This document shows positions 17,031-26,877 of a DNA stretch of 32,000 nt, in pieces. Source of the DNA: Alkanindiges sp. WGS2144 (GTDB lineage: Bacteria; Pseudomonadota; Gammaproteobacteria; Pseudomonadales; Moraxellaceae); the NCBI RefSeq assembly GCF_043950625.1, contig NZ_CP171007.1; one strand, written 5' to 3'. The notes under the pieces are model-generated. The model worked only from the letters and a program-made list of their open reading frames with translations. It was not told the origin of the DNA and ran no database searches. Both the position numbers and the translations under genes were made by a program. Numbering within the stretch: position 1 is the first letter of the stretch; every line of letters begins with the position of its first letter.

Positions 17031-18023
17031 TTAGGTTGATTGGTGATAACTTTTCACCCGTTCGACTTCGTTTTTAGAACCAAGAATGACAGGGATACGC
17101 TGGTGCAGGTCTGTGGGTTTGACCTCCAGAATAGACTGGCGTCCGGTACTGGCAGTACCACCAGCCTGCTCAACCAGCATTCCCATAGGGTTGGCTTCAT
17201 ACATCAGACGCAGGCGGCCTGCCTTTTTGGGGTCTTTAAGATCATAAGGATACATAAAAATCCCACCACGAATCAAAATGCGGTGAATATCTCCTACCAT
17301 GCAGGCAACCCAGCGCATATTAAAGTCCTTGCCACGTACACCGGTTTTGCCAGCCAGACATTCATCAATATAGCGCTTAACCGGTGCTTCCCAGTGGCGG
17401 CTGTTCGAGCTGTTAATGGCAAACTCCTGAGTATCTTCAGGAATACTTAAGCGCTCGGCAGTTAAGATAAATTCACCAATTTCCTGATCCAGGGTAAAGG
17501 CATCCACGCCGTCACCCAAAGTAAGCACCAGCATGGTGGAGGGGCCATATAAGACGTAGCCTGCTGCAATCTGCTTATGGCCTTCCTGCATAAAATCTTC
17601 AAGCATGGCTGGCTGGGCATGAGGTTTTTCCAGAATAGAAAAAATGGTGCCGACGCTCATGTTAATGTCAATATTGCTGGAGCCATCAAGCGGATCAAAG
17701 AGTAACAGATACTTGGCGTCATCGTGACCGCTAATCATATCGTCCATTTCTTCAGAGGCCAGTGCGGCCACCTTGCCACTGCTTAATACGGTATCAATTA
17801 ATATAGTGTTGGAAACCACGTCCAGTTTCTTTTGCACTTCACCCTGTACATTATCGCTGCCTGCGCTGCCCAGCATGTTGGCCAGTGCGCCTTTTTGTAG
17901 TGCCGCATTGATGGCTTTGCAAGCGATGGAAACCTGTAGCAACAGTTGTGTAAGGTCGGAAGTCAGATGCGTTATACTTTGCTGTCGATCCAGTAAATAC
18001 TGATTCAGGGAAATATTAGACAT
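17031..18023 (-). CDS. fbp: Class 1 fructose-1,6-bisphosphatase.
   Basis: [11 protein letters not shown]..., [44 protein letters not shown] lies 6 nt before the ATG at 18023, which I prefer over 18035. Confidence 0.95.
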   Translation of the reverse strand: MSNISLNQYLLDRQQSITHLTSDLTQLLLQVSIACKAINAALQKGALANMLGSAGSDNVQGEVQKKLDVVSNTILIDTVLSSGKVAALASEEMDDMISGHDDAKYLLLFDPLDGSSNIDINMSVGTIFSILEKPHAQPAMLEDFMQEGHKQIAAGYVLYGPSTMLVLTLGDGVDAFTLDQEIGEFILTAERLSIPEDTQEFAINSSNSRHWEAPVKRYIDECLAGKTGVRGKDFNMRWVACMVGDIHRILIRGGIFMYPYDLKDPKKAGRLRLMYEANPMGMLVEQAGGTASTGRQSILEVKPTDLHQRIPVILGSKNEVERVKSYHQST

Positions 18024-18112
18024 CAGACACTCCATACGTTTTTAACAGTTAATTTTAAAAGCAGAGACAAGCTACGCTACGGTGCGCGGTTTCATACAAA
18101 AACGGGCAGGGC

Positions 18113-18143
18113 AATAAAAAACAGGCTGCAATGAGCAACCTGT
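18113..18143 (-). terminator. Rho-independent terminator after pal.
   Basis: The minus strand reads ACAGGTTGC-tcatt-GCAGCCTGT followed by TTTTTTAT: a 9-bp stem with one mismatch. Confidence 0.7.
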
Positions 18144-18166
18144 GTTATGCGTACGACTATTATAAG

Positions 18167-18745
18167 TTAGTTGGGGGCACCTGCGCTGTAATTAATTTCT
18201 ACACGGCGGTTTTGTGCCCAGGCAGCTTCATTATGGCCTTCATTTACTGGTTGTTCCTTGCCATAGCTAACGGTTTCAATTTGCTCATTACGAGCACCAT
18301 TGGTGACCAGAAATGCTTCTACCGATTTGGCCCGACGCTCCCCCAGCGCCATATTATATTCGCGGGTACCACGCTCGTCTGTATGACCAGTCAGGGTGAT
18401 GCGTGCGGCATTATTCTGCGATAAATAACGTGCGTGGGCATTTAAGGTATTTAGGTCAGTCTGGGACAAATCACTACTATCGTAGTCAAAGTGAACTACG
18501 CGTGCCATCAGTGCTTGACGCACTGCATCCATTGGGCCGTTGCCATTTAGACCAGTGCTACTTAAATTACCGTTATTACCAATGCCACTGCTGGATGCAC
18601 CGGTATTGCCAGCTGTGCTGCCGCTGGTGTTACTTGTAGTGGCTGAGGTGGCAGGCTTGCGGTTGGCGCATCCTGTCATGGTCAGTGCAACAGCAAGACC
18701 AGGAATCAGTAGTGCCCGTATAGCGTTGCTTGAGAGTGTTTTCAT
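18167..18745 (-). CDS. pal: Peptidoglycan-associated lipoprotein Pal (OmpA-like domain).
   Basis: Lipobox ...LTMTGC, an S/T/G/N-rich linker, and the OmpA-C domain (FDYDSSDL...LTGHTDERGTREYNMALGERRA). Confidence 0.95.
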   Translation of the reverse strand: MKTLSSNAIRALLIPGLAVALTMTGCANRKPATSATTSNTSGSTAGNTGASSSGIGNNGNLSSTGLNGNGPMDAVRQALMARVVHFDYDSSDLSQTDLNTLNAHARYLSQNNAARITLTGHTDERGTREYNMALGERRAKSVEAFLVTNGARNEQIETVSYGKEQPVNEGHNEAAWAQNRRVEINYSAGAPN

Positions 18746-18877
18746 GCTCTTTCTCCAGTTGAACTTTGTTGTTAATTGCTACCTTAACGCCTGTTTGGAA
18801 CATTTCAATGGCTTTTACGTTTTTAAAGGAATCAAGACGTTAAAACACTTAAGTATTTGGTAGCTCAACTTGCTGTT

Positions 18878-20167
18878 TTAGCGGCGTGGCGCCCAGGCAG
18901 GTTCACGTACTTCACCTTGTTCGCTGGGCAGACGCATCCTGAATCGGCCGTCTATTGACATAATGGATAGCATGCCGCGACTCCCTTCACGGGTAGCATA
19001 TACCACCATTTGTCCATTGGGTGAAAAGCTTGGTGATTCATCCAGTGGGGTAGGTGTCAGGATGCTAATGACACCAGATGCCAGATCCTGTACGGCCACC
19101 TGATACTGACTGCCGGCTTTGCGGTGTACGAGTGCCAGACTGCGACCATCACTGCTTAAAGTACCCCGGGCATTAAATGGCCCGCTAAATGTCAGGCGAC
19201 GAGTGCTGCCATCATCCAGGTTATAGCGGTAAATCTGTGGAGTACCGCCACGATCGGAGGTAAAGATAAAAGATTTGCCATCTGGTGCATAGCGGGCTTC
19301 AGTATCAATGGCACTGTCACGGGTCAGGCGGGTAATGCGCTTGCTGGCAATATTCATCTGGTAAATTTCAGGGTTACCATCCATGGAACCAGTAAATAGC
19401 AGGTTTCTGCCATCTGGTGAAATGCTGGGTGCGCCATTTAGGCCTTTAAATTGAGCCAGCACTTCACGCTGACCAGTCGCCACATCCTGCAGGTAAATGG
19501 CGGGACGTTTGGTTTCAAAGGAAACATAGGCCAGCTTGTGGGCATCAGGTGTCCAGGCAGGCGATAAGATGGGCTCAGGTGATTCCAGAATAGTCTTAGG
19601 CTGCTGACCATCAGTATCGGCAATTTGCAAGGTGTACATCAGTTTGCCGTCAGTACGGTTGCGTAATACATAAGCAATTTGCCCGGAAAAATCGCCAGGA
19701 ATTCCGGTCAATGCCTGATAAATCTTGTCAGCAATCAGGTGGCCGGCAGCGCGCTGCTGGCTGGCTGGCACTTGCAGCACTTCACCTAGAATTCGGGTGT
19801 TTTTCTTTACGTCAAATAACTCATACTGGATTTGCACGCCATCTCCCGAAGGCGTGGCTTTTCCCACTACCACATAAGGAATACCCCGGTTTTGCCAGGC
19901 TGCTACATTAATTTCATTACTGGAAGCCGGTTGTTCTGGCAAATTGCTTGATGAGCTATTGAATTTACCCGAACGCTGCAAGTCACTTTGTACAATGGAG
20001 TAGACCAGATTATCTGATGCAAAAGGGACCACAGCAATTTGTGGGGCTTCTTCAAAAGCTTTGGCGACTTCAAAAGTGAGTGCAGCAGGAGCAGACTGAG
20101 CTGTTAACGCAGGTAAAAAAGCACTGCTAGCGACAATGCAGGCAGCGAGTAGGCGTAATTTAAGCAT
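18878..20167 (-). CDS. tolB: Tol-Pal system beta-propeller protein TolB.
   Basis: 429 aa with a signal peptide and repeated propeller blades (PAWTPDAHKLAYVS, PSISPDGRNLLF, ARYAPDGKSFIF, PSFSPNGQMVVY). Confidence 0.95.
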   Translation of the reverse strand: MLKLRLLAACIVASSAFLPALTAQSAPAALTFEVAKAFEEAPQIAVVPFASDNLVYSIVQSDLQRSGKFNSSSSNLPEQPASSNEINVAAWQNRGIPYVVVGKATPSGDGVQIQYELFDVKKNTRILGEVLQVPASQQRAAGHLIADKIYQALTGIPGDFSGQIAYVLRNRTDGKLMYTLQIADTDGQQPKTILESPEPILSPAWTPDAHKLAYVSFETKRPAIYLQDVATGQREVLAQFKGLNGAPSISPDGRNLLFTGSMDGNPEIYQMNIASKRITRLTRDSAIDTEARYAPDGKSFIFTSDRGGTPQIYRYNLDDGSTRRLTFSGPFNARGTLSSDGRSLALVHRKAGSQYQVAVQDLASGVISILTPTPLDESPSFSPNGQMVVYATREGSRGMLSIMSIDGRFRMRLPSEQGEVREPAWAPRR

Positions 20168-20231
20168 GATTTAGCAACTCCTCAGAACGTTCAATCTGTT
20201 TTTTTAACCAAGCCAACATAACATTTTTCCA

Positions 20232-21596
20232 TTATTTAAAAGTGGGTTCTAGTCGTTGCGCCAACTTGCGTGCTTCTGGCTCATCGGGCATATCATAAGG
20301 GGCCGCTTGCTCAATGGCAGCGCGAATACTGGCATCGCAATCGTCATTACCGCTGGATTTGCTGATCACAACCGAGGCAACCTGACCGCTGGCTGTCAGG
20401 CTGACCCGGGCTTTGGCTGAGTTGCCATCACAGCCGGCTGGTTTACGCCAGGCGCTTTTCATTTTGTTTTGAAACCCTGCGGTTGAAACAGCAGCTATCT
20501 TACGGGCTTCTGCCTTGGCATCCGCCTTAGCCTTGGCTTCACTTTCTGCCTTAGCGCGTGCTTCTTCTTCGGCTTTGCGTTTGGCATCATTCTCAGCTTT
20601 CTCTCGGGCGGCCTTTGCTCTGGCTTCAGCCTCGGCTTTAGCTTTTGCCTCTGCTGCTTTCTTTTTGGCGTCATTTTCAGCCTTGGTTTTGGCTTCTTTT
20701 TCTGCTTTTTCTTTAGCAGCTTTCGCATCAGCCTCTTGCTGACGTTTTTTCTCAGCGTCTGCTTTGGCCTTTGCATCTGCTTCGGCTTTGCGTTTGGCTG
20801 TTTCAGCCGCTTTTTGTTTGGTTTCTTCCTGCTGTTTTTTACGTTCGGTAGCCTTTGCTTCAGCCTCTGCCTTACGCTTTGCCTCTGCTTCAGCCGCGCG
20901 TTTCGCCTGAGCCTGTTCGGCGGCTTTCTGTTTTTTCTCCTCAGCCGCTTTGGCTGCCTGTTGCTTTTTCTCTTCAGCTGCTTTTAATTTGGCCTCTTGT
21001 ACTGCTGTGCGCTTTGCTTCTAGAGCTTTTTGTTGCTCGGCAGCTGCTTTGGCTTTTGCCTCTGCTGCTTTCTTTTTGGCGTCATTTTCAGCCTTGGTTT
21101 TGGCCTCTTTTTCCGCTGTTTCTTTGGCGGCTTTAGCATCAGCATCTGCCTTGGCCTCTTGCAGGCGTTTTTCTTCAGTGAGTTTTTGTTGCTGTTTTTT
21201 CTGTTCAGCTTGTTTAGCTTTTTGCTGGGCTTGTTGTCTGTCTCGCTCGGCCTTGATCTCAGCCGCTTTTAGGGCAGTGAGCTGCTCGGCAGAAGGCAGG
21301 TTCACTTCAGGCTCAGGGGGTGTTTCGGGTGCTGGAGTTGCTTCTTCAGGTTCGACCAGTGGTTCCTGTGGTGGCACAGGTGCACTTGGAATAGATGAGC
21401 TGGTGGAGGTATCAGCCTGCATTGCCTGTTGTAGTTGTTCTGGCGTAATTAAAATGGCTTGCAGGGGCTTGGGTGGAACAAGCGGTTTACTGTTGCCGAA
21501 ATACAGCAAGCCGCCCAGCAAACTGACATGCAGTACTAGGGTGATGGCCAGAGGCAGGCGATTTTGTTTAAAAGACGATGGTGCAGGCTGTTTCAT
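20232..21596 (-). CDS. tolA: Tol-Pal system protein TolA with an expanded Ala/Lys/Glu-rich helical domain II.
   Basis: 454 aa. N-terminal TM (LPLAITLVLHVSLLGGLLYF), about 270 aa of A/K/E repeats, and a globular C-terminal domain. It sits between tolR and tolB. Confidence 0.9.
   Translation of the reverse strand: MKQPAPSSFKQNRLPLAITLVLHVSLLGGLLYFGNSKPLVPPKPLQAILITPEQLQQAMQADTSTSSSIPSAPVPPQEPLVEPEEATPAPETPPEPEVNLPSAEQLTALKAAEIKAERDRQQAQQKAKQAEQKKQQQKLTEEKRLQEAKADADAKAAKETAEKEAKTKAENDAKKKAAEAKAKAAAEQQKALEAKRTAVQEAKLKAAEEKKQQAAKAAEEKKQKAAEQAQAKRAAEAEAKRKAEAEAKATERKKQQEETKQKAAETAKRKAEADAKAKADAEKKRQQEADAKAAKEKAEKEAKTKAENDAKKKAAEAKAKAEAEARAKAAREKAENDAKRKAEEEARAKAESEAKAKADAKAEARKIAAVSTAGFQNKMKSAWRKPAGCDGNSAKARVSLTASGQVASVVISKSSGNDDCDASIRAAIEQAAPYDMPDEPEARKLAQRLEPTFK
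20641..20732. repeat. Intragenic direct repeat in tolA, copy A.
   Basis: 92 nt match 21052-21143 with 6 mismatches. The first 53 nt (20641-20693 against 21052-21104) are identical. The offset is 411 bp, or 137 codons, in frame. Confidence 0.9.
21052..21143. repeat. Intragenic direct repeat in tolA, copy B.
   Basis: See copy A. Both copies encode ...AEKEAKTKAENDAKKKAAEAKAKA... Confidence 0.9.
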
Positions 21597-21617
21597 GTAT
21601 ATATCTTCTTACCAGCC

Positions 21618-22064
21618 TTAAGGTTTGGGTGAGTCAGTCAGCAAGCCAACCTGAGTTAAACCGGCATCTTGCAGGATAGACATTAGTTCTACTACCTCGC
21701 CATAGGCTACCTTTTTGTCACCATTTACTAGTACCATCAGTTTTTGCTGTTTTTGTTCAGCGTCATTTTGTGCGTTAGCCAAACGCACTTTAAGTTCATC
21801 TAGCGTAATCTGTTCAGCTTTACTACCAAATTTGAGGGAGTATTGACCGTTGCTTTCTATTGTGACAATGGCAGGCTGGGTTTCAGACTGAAAAGGAGTG
21901 CTTTTAGCCTGTGGTAAATCCACGGTAATGCCTGAGGTAATCATGGGTGCAGTAACCATAAAAATCACCAGCAATACCAGCATCACGTCAATATATGGCA
22001 CTACGTTCATGTCGCTGTTAAGCGGTTTTTTGATCCGTCCAAATGGGCTGTTTTGCCGTGCCAT
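21618..22064 (-). CDS. tolR: Tol-Pal system protein TolR (ExbD/TolR family).
   Basis: 148 aa: NVVPYIDVMLVLLVIFMVTAPM. Located between tolQ and tolA. Confidence 0.92.
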   Translation of the reverse strand: MARQNSPFGRIKKPLNSDMNVVPYIDVMLVLLVIFMVTAPMITSGITVDLPQAKSTPFQSETQPAIVTIESNGQYSLKFGSKAEQITLDELKVRLANAQNDAEQKQQKLMVLVNGDKKVAYGEVVELMSILQDAGLTQVGLLTDSPKP

Positions 22065-22066
22065 AA

Positions 22067-22780
22067 TCAGGCATCCTCACGCGGGCTGATGGTCTGGCTA
22101 TCAAGCGATTCACGTTGCAATAGTGCTGTCATTTCTTCAGCAAACAAGGCGCGTTGCTGGTAAACCGCTTCACTCTTGCTGCTATAGCGGTTATAAGCCA
22201 GCACGGCTGGAATTGCAGCAAACAGACCAATGGCGGTCGCAATCAATGCTTCGGCAATACCGGGTGCAACTGTTGCCAGGGTCACTTGCTCAACCTGTGC
22301 CAGCCCAATAAATGCATTCATGATGCCCCATACAGTGCCAAACAAGCCAATATACGGAGATACTGAGCCGATGCTGGCTAAAGTAGATGTACCTTGTTCC
22401 AGTGCATTTTGTTCACGGGACAGGGCAACCCGTAGCATACGTTCGGTGCCAGATATGGTTTCTTCTTTATTGGCCTGACGTTTTTTTAATTTTAAAAATT
22501 CGGTAAACCCTTCATAAAATACCGATTCCAGACCCTGTCTATGTGGATGAGTCTGTGCGTTTTTATATAGGGTTTTTAAGTCCGCACCAGACCAGAAGAC
22601 TTTTTCAAAGCTTTGATCTTGTTGGCTGCTTTTGCGAAAGGTCATTTCCAGCCTTGCAATTAAAAACCAGCCATATACAGAAGCCAGAAACAGGATGAGC
22701 ATCACCAGCTGCACAACCGGGCTGGCATGCAGGATTAGATCAGAAATATTAAGAGAGTTTGCGGTGGATTCGGTTGGCAT
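22067..22780 (-). CDS. tolQ: Tol-Pal system protein TolQ (MotA/TolQ/ExbB family).
   Basis: 237 aa with three TM segments and GLFGTVWGIMNAF...VAPGIAEALIATAIGL. Confidence 0.95.
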   Translation of the reverse strand: MPTESTANSLNISDLILHASPVVQLVMLILFLASVYGWFLIARLEMTFRKSSQQDQSFEKVFWSGADLKTLYKNAQTHPHRQGLESVFYEGFTEFLKLKKRQANKEETISGTERMLRVALSREQNALEQGTSTLASIGSVSPYIGLFGTVWGIMNAFIGLAQVEQVTLATVAPGIAEALIATAIGLFAAIPAVLAYNRYSSKSEAVYQQRALFAEEMTALLQRESLDSQTISPREDA

Positions 22781-22812
22781 GGTTGTTTCACAAAGATAAT
22801 TGGATAATCAAA

Positions 22813-23214
22813 CTAAATCACTGATTTTATGATCAAATCATGGATAAATTTTGGAATTCTTCTGGGTTTTAGCTGCGCGTCCAGGCAGGCCATGGTAACC
22901 GTTGCAGAAGCCAGCAGCATTTCATCATGGTAAATATTTTGCTGCAAGCAAAATGATACAGATTTACACGAACGTACCTCTACGGTTACATCCAGCAAAT
23001 TATCCATAAAAATAGGCTTATGGTATTGCACGTTAATCTGATGTACCACAAACGAATAATCGTGCTGATCCCAATAATGCGCTACACCTTGTGCCCTGAG
23101 CCACTCGGTACGGGCGCGTTCAAAATAACGGATGTGGTTGGCATGATAAACAATGCCGCCGGCATCCGTATCTTCAATATAAACGCGGATGGGGAAAGTA
23201 AAAATATCTGACAT
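22813..23214 (-). CDS. ybgC: Tol-Pal-associated acyl-CoA thioesterase YbgC (4HBT fold).
   Basis: MSDIFTFPIRVYIEDTDAGGIVYHANHIRYFERARTEWL aligns from memory with the E. coli YbgC N-terminus. The track start at 23253 is a GTG extension. Confidence 0.9.
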   Translation of the reverse strand: MSDIFTFPIRVYIEDTDAGGIVYHANHIRYFERARTEWLRAQGVAHYWDQHDYSFVVHQINVQYHKPIFMDNLLDVTVEVRSCKSVSFCLQQNIYHDEMLLASATVTMACLDAQLKPRRIPKFIHDLIIKSVI

Positions 23215-23487
23215 ACGTATTCCAGAGCCTTGTTTATGCGTCGAGCATAGCACCCGTCATACGGCGCCGTCGAGCATGAGAAAGGCCTCTTGATACCTCA
23301 GGAATGTATGTACAGAACAGGTTTATATCTTGCAGAAGATGAGAAGTAGGAAGCAAAGGATTGATTACGCTGTTCGCGTATGGATATTGATTTCCATGGT
23401 GTAACAGCGTTTTGTTTTTACTCCTCCTCGAAGCATATGAGAGCTATAGGTCGCAAGGTCTTGCGCTCGGGCGAAACGGTGTTTCGC

Positions 23488-24489
23488 TTATCCTCGCTCA
23501 GGCGGAACCATGTCAAATTGATAGTATGCCTGGTTGGTTGCGATACGGCCACGTGCAGTGCGCATGACAAAACCCTGCTGAATTAAGTAAGGTTCAATCA
23601 CATCTTCCAGCGTACCACTGTCTTCTGCCATAGCCGCAGCCAGGGCTTCTACACCAGCAGGGCCACCATTAAAACGTTCAAGCAACATTTGCAAATAACG
23701 ACGATCAAGGGTATCCAGTCCATTTTTGTCAACATTGAGCATGTCCAGCGCACGCTGCGCCATTTCCTGAGTCACTTCGCCATTGCCTTTGACTTCGGCA
23801 TAATCACGCACCCGGCGTAGCAAGCGGTTGGCAATCCGAGGTGTGCCACGTGAACGCCGGGCAATTTCCTGAGCGCCCTCCGGGGTCATGGGAATACCCA
23901 TTAAATTGGCAGAACGATGCACAATATGGGTTAAGTCGGCAACAGAATAAAACTCCAGCCGCTGCACAATGCCAAAACGGTCACGTAGGGGCGAAGTCAG
24001 CAAACCGGCGCGGGTTGTGGCCGCCACTAGGGTAAACGGTGGCAAGTCCAGCTTGATGGAGCGTGCTGCCGGGCCTTCTCCAATCATGATATCCAGCTGA
24101 TAGTCTTCCATGGCCGGATAAAGGATTTCTTCAATAACAGGTGACAGGCGATGAATTTCATCAATAAATAGCACGTCACCATGTTCAAGGTTGGTGAGCA
24201 ATGCTGCTAAATCACCGGCACGCTCTAGCACTGGCCCAGAGGTGGATTTTAAATTGCCACCCATTTCACGGGCAATGATATTGGCCAGCGTGGTTTTACC
24301 CAGGCCAGGTGGGCCGAAAATTAAAGTATGATCCAGCGCTTCGTTGCGTGTACGCGCAGCATGAATAAAAATTTCCATTTGTTCACGTACAACAGGTTGC
24401 CCTACATAGTCCTCAAGACTGGTTGGGCGAATTGCACGATCAAAATGATCCTCGGGCTTTTCGCTGCCACTAACTAATCGATCCTGCAT
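23488..24489 (-). CDS. ruvB: Holliday junction branch-migration helicase RuvB.
   Basis: MQDRLVSGS...[15 protein letters not shown]...[11 protein letters not shown]...[10 protein letters not shown]. The track start at 24501 is a GTG; the ATG at 24489 aligns with the E. coli N-terminus. Confidence 0.97.
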   Translation of the reverse strand: MQDRLVSGSEKPEDHFDRAIRPTSLEDYVGQPVVREQMEIFIHAARTRNEALDHTLIFGPPGLGKTTLANIIAREMGGNLKSTSGPVLERAGDLAALLTNLEHGDVLFIDEIHRLSPVIEEILYPAMEDYQLDIMIGEGPAARSIKLDLPPFTLVAATTRAGLLTSPLRDRFGIVQRLEFYSVADLTHIVHRSANLMGIPMTPEGAQEIARRSRGTPRIANRLLRRVRDYAEVKGNGEVTQEMAQRALDMLNVDKNGLDTLDRRYLQMLLERFNGGPAGVEALAAAMAEDSGTLEDVIEPYLIQQGFVMRTARGRIATNQAYYQFDMVPPERG

Positions 24490-24536
24490 ATTGTTCACCA
24501 CGTTAAAATTAGGGAAATTCGGCTATCAAATGACGC

Positions 24537-25133
24537 TTATTGCTTCATCATGGATTTAAGTGCTGCCCGTATCAGGGCGGCACTTTCGCTATGTTCACCT
24601 TTAAATGCGGCAACCGCCTTTTGCGCTTCTAGGGGCTTATAGCCTAAAGACACCAGCGCCGCTTCTGCTTCGGCCACCGGTGAAATGGTAGTAATACCGA
24701 GGGGAGTAATGCTGCTACTGTCACTGCTGCCTAGCTTTTGCAGGCGATCACGCAGTTCAATGACCAGCCGTTCTGCGGTTTTTTTGCCTACCCCGGGAAT
24801 ACGGGTCAGGGTGGTAACGTCCTGCATGTCAATGGCTTGCACCAGCATCGCACTACTCATACTGGACAAAATACTTAAGGCCAGCTTGGGCCCAACCCCA
24901 TTTACCTTAATCAGGGTACGAAACAGGGCTTTATCGGTAGTATCAAAAAAACCATAAAGCAGGTGTGCATCCTCCCGGATGACCAGATGCGTCCATAAGG
25001 TTACGTTCTGACCAGTTTTGAGCTGGCAAAACGTAGTGAGCGGCGTGTCTATTTCATAACCCACACCATTGACGTCCAGTAAGACTACTGATGCTTCCAG
25101 CGCACGTACCACACCTGTTAAACAACCAATCAT
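24537..25133 (-). CDS. ruvA: Holliday junction DNA-binding protein RuvA.
   Basis: MIGCLTGVV... matches the canonical RuvA start, with HhH motifs (LIKVNGVGPKLAL, LTRIPGVGKKTAERL). The track start at 25145 is a TTG. Confidence 0.95.
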   Translation of the reverse strand: MIGCLTGVVRALEASVVLLDVNGVGYEIDTPLTTFCQLKTGQNVTLWTHLVIREDAHLLYGFFDTTDKALFRTLIKVNGVGPKLALSILSSMSSAMLVQAIDMQDVTTLTRIPGVGKKTAERLVIELRDRLQKLGSSDSSSITPLGITTISPVAEAEAALVSLGYKPLEAQKAVAAFKGEHSESAALIRAALKSMMKQ

Positions 25134-25178
25134 AGCAATACTCAAAACTTAAAAAACATTGGACGATTTTTAAAACTG

Positions 25179-26540
25179 TTAAAGCAGGGTAACCCGGTGA
25201 CCCTGTAACTCTTGTGATAGCGCATAGGCCTGATGGTCTGACAGGCTGCTGAGCATATCCAGAATCTGCATAATATTATGGTAATGAAATGACGGATCTT
25301 CACTAGGCACAGCACCATGGGCATTTAAAATATGCATGAGGCGCTGCTCCCGAAAACTCAGATGATGTTGCTTTACAGCCAGTGGCATAAAAGCATCCAG
25401 CAAGGCATGCAGGCTGGAATTGGCTACCAGCTCCAGACGTGCCTTTTGCGGGTGGGTGAAAATCCGATCACGCGCCAGATTCTTGGCAGCTTCTACCCCA
25501 TGACATAAGTCTGGTGGACAGTGATCCAGCAAGCTGCCTTTAAGCTGCCCGGCCAGAATCTGGTCATGCTGGCGCTTAAACGCATCAGTGACTTCATCGA
25601 CCAGCCGTTTCATGGCACGACCACGCAGGGCAGCCAGTTTTTGCGGAATGGGAACATTACGGCTGATTTCATCTGGCGCACCATACTCGGCAATCAGGGT
25701 TAAAAATAGTGGTTCTACCTCATGATAGTGCAGCATGCCAAGCTGTAAACCATCCTCCAGATCTATCAGCGCATAACAGATATCATCGGCTGCCTCCAGC
25801 AAATAAGTCAGTGGGTGCCGACAAAAATGATACTCGCCAATTTGCAGCAAACCCAGATGCTCAGCAATGGTCTGTAAAATATCTTTTTCACTTTGGTAGC
25901 AACCAAATTTGGCCCGTTTATGGCTGGGATGCACACTGGACGGGTCAAGTGGTTTTGCCAGCCAGGGATATTTTAAATAGGCACCTAGTGTGGCATAAGT
26001 TAAGCGCATACCACCATCATCAGGGTGGTATTCCAGGCGGCTAAGTACCCGCAATCCCTGGGCATTACCTTCAAACTGGCATACATCCGCACGTTGCTCT
26101 GGACTAAGTGAAATCAGCAGGTGCTGGTGCCCAGGGTGCTCAAACCAGTCACGGATCGCATACTCACCGGCATGTCCAAATGGCGGGTTGCCAATATCAT
26201 GGGCTAGGCATGCCGCCTGAATAATGGCGCCTACATCTGCCGGATCAATCCAGGCAGGTAATTGGTGCCGGATTTTTTCGGCAGCCAGCATTCCTAGCGA
26301 GCGGCCAATACACGATACCTCCAGGGAATGAGTCAGGCGGGTATGAATCCCATCATTCTGGGTCAGGGGATGAACCTGGGTTTTACGATTTAACTGCCGA
26401 AAGCTTTGCGAAAAAATAATCCGGTCATAGTCTTTATGAAAAGCAGTGCGTCCTTGTTCACCGCTCCTGTCTTGAGCGCGATTCTTTTTACTCCCTAGCC
26501 GCAGTGGGGAAAGCAGCTGTGCCCATCGCATTTCTTGCAT
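25179..26540 (-). CDS. dgt: dGTP triphosphohydrolase-family HD-domain protein.
   Basis: FHKDYDRIIFSQSFRQLNRKTQV, RLTHSLEVS, CLAHDIGNPPFGHAGE. The start is uncertain: ATG 26540 or 26531, while the track start at 26582 is a TTG. Confidence 0.85.
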   Translation of the reverse strand: MQEMRWAQLLSPLRLGSKKNRAQDRSGEQGRTAFHKDYDRIIFSQSFRQLNRKTQVHPLTQNDGIHTRLTHSLEVSCIGRSLGMLAAEKIRHQLPAWIDPADVGAIIQAACLAHDIGNPPFGHAGEYAIRDWFEHPGHQHLLISLSPEQRADVCQFEGNAQGLRVLSRLEYHPDDGGMRLTYATLGAYLKYPWLAKPLDPSSVHPSHKRAKFGCYQSEKDILQTIAEHLGLLQIGEYHFCRHPLTYLLEAADDICYALIDLEDGLQLGMLHYHEVEPLFLTLIAEYGAPDEISRNVPIPQKLAALRGRAMKRLVDEVTDAFKRQHDQILAGQLKGSLLDHCPPDLCHGVEAAKNLARDRIFTHPQKARLELVANSSLHALLDAFMPLAVKQHHLSFREQRLMHILNAHGAVPSEDPSFHYHNIMQILDMLSSLSDHQAYALSQELQGHRVTLL

Positions 26541-26877
26541 ATGATATAAACAGGTGTTTTCTAGGAAATTAATTATAGCCAATCATGTCAAATATTGCTG
26601 ACTTATACCAGATTGGCGCGACAGAACATGACGTGAATCGGCTTTTGCTGGTCTATTTGCATGAGTAGGTGATACCTGACAAAAATTAAGATGCAATTTA
26701 GCTGGTAGTTTTATTAAAGATACAAGTTTATTAATAAGTGATAAATATCTTAACTGTAATGGCCTTGATCATACAAAATACTGGAAACAGTCGCGGAAAA
26801 AATAAGCAAAATTATACAAATAAGGGTGCATTATTACCAAATAATATCTAAAGGGCGTGCATTCTGTTTGCTACCAA

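Noticed and set aside
17040-17450. A 136-aa plus-strand ORF inside fbp.
   Set aside because: It is an antisense shadow of a highly conserved gene. It has no SD and a non-protein-like composition.
20641-21143. The tolA internal repeats as a CRISPR-like or mobile repeat array.
   Set aside because: There are only two copies, they are in frame within a coding region, and no spacer/repeat periodicity or cas genes are present.
20495-21621. A stack of track ORFs (75-223 aa) on both strands and in alternative frames inside tolA.
   Set aside because: They are artefacts of the low-complexity GCN/AAR repeat DNA that encodes the Ala/Lys/Glu domain. Their products are implausible (Ser/Ala/Phe/Leu/Cys runs). 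The tolA frame is supported by N- and C-terminal domains and by synteny.
23380-23586. A 68-aa plus-strand ORF bridging the intergenic region and the 3' end of ruvB.
   Set aside because: It overlaps ruvB antisense, has no SD, and has an odd composition. The structured DNA there is better explained as regulatory or RNA elements.
25179-26540. The dGTPase-family gene as a possible anti-phage dNTP-depletion defence gene.
   Set aside because: It sits among housekeeping genes (ruvAB, purL) with host-like composition and no neighbouring defence or mobile genes. It is most simply the conserved housekeeping dgt-like paralogue.
26585-26668. A 27-codon ORF (MSNIADLYQIGATEHDVNRLLLVYLHE) divergent from dgt.
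   Set aside because: The peptide looks protein-like, but there is no SD and no recognisable family, and it is too short to evaluate. It could be a gene remnant. I have not called it.
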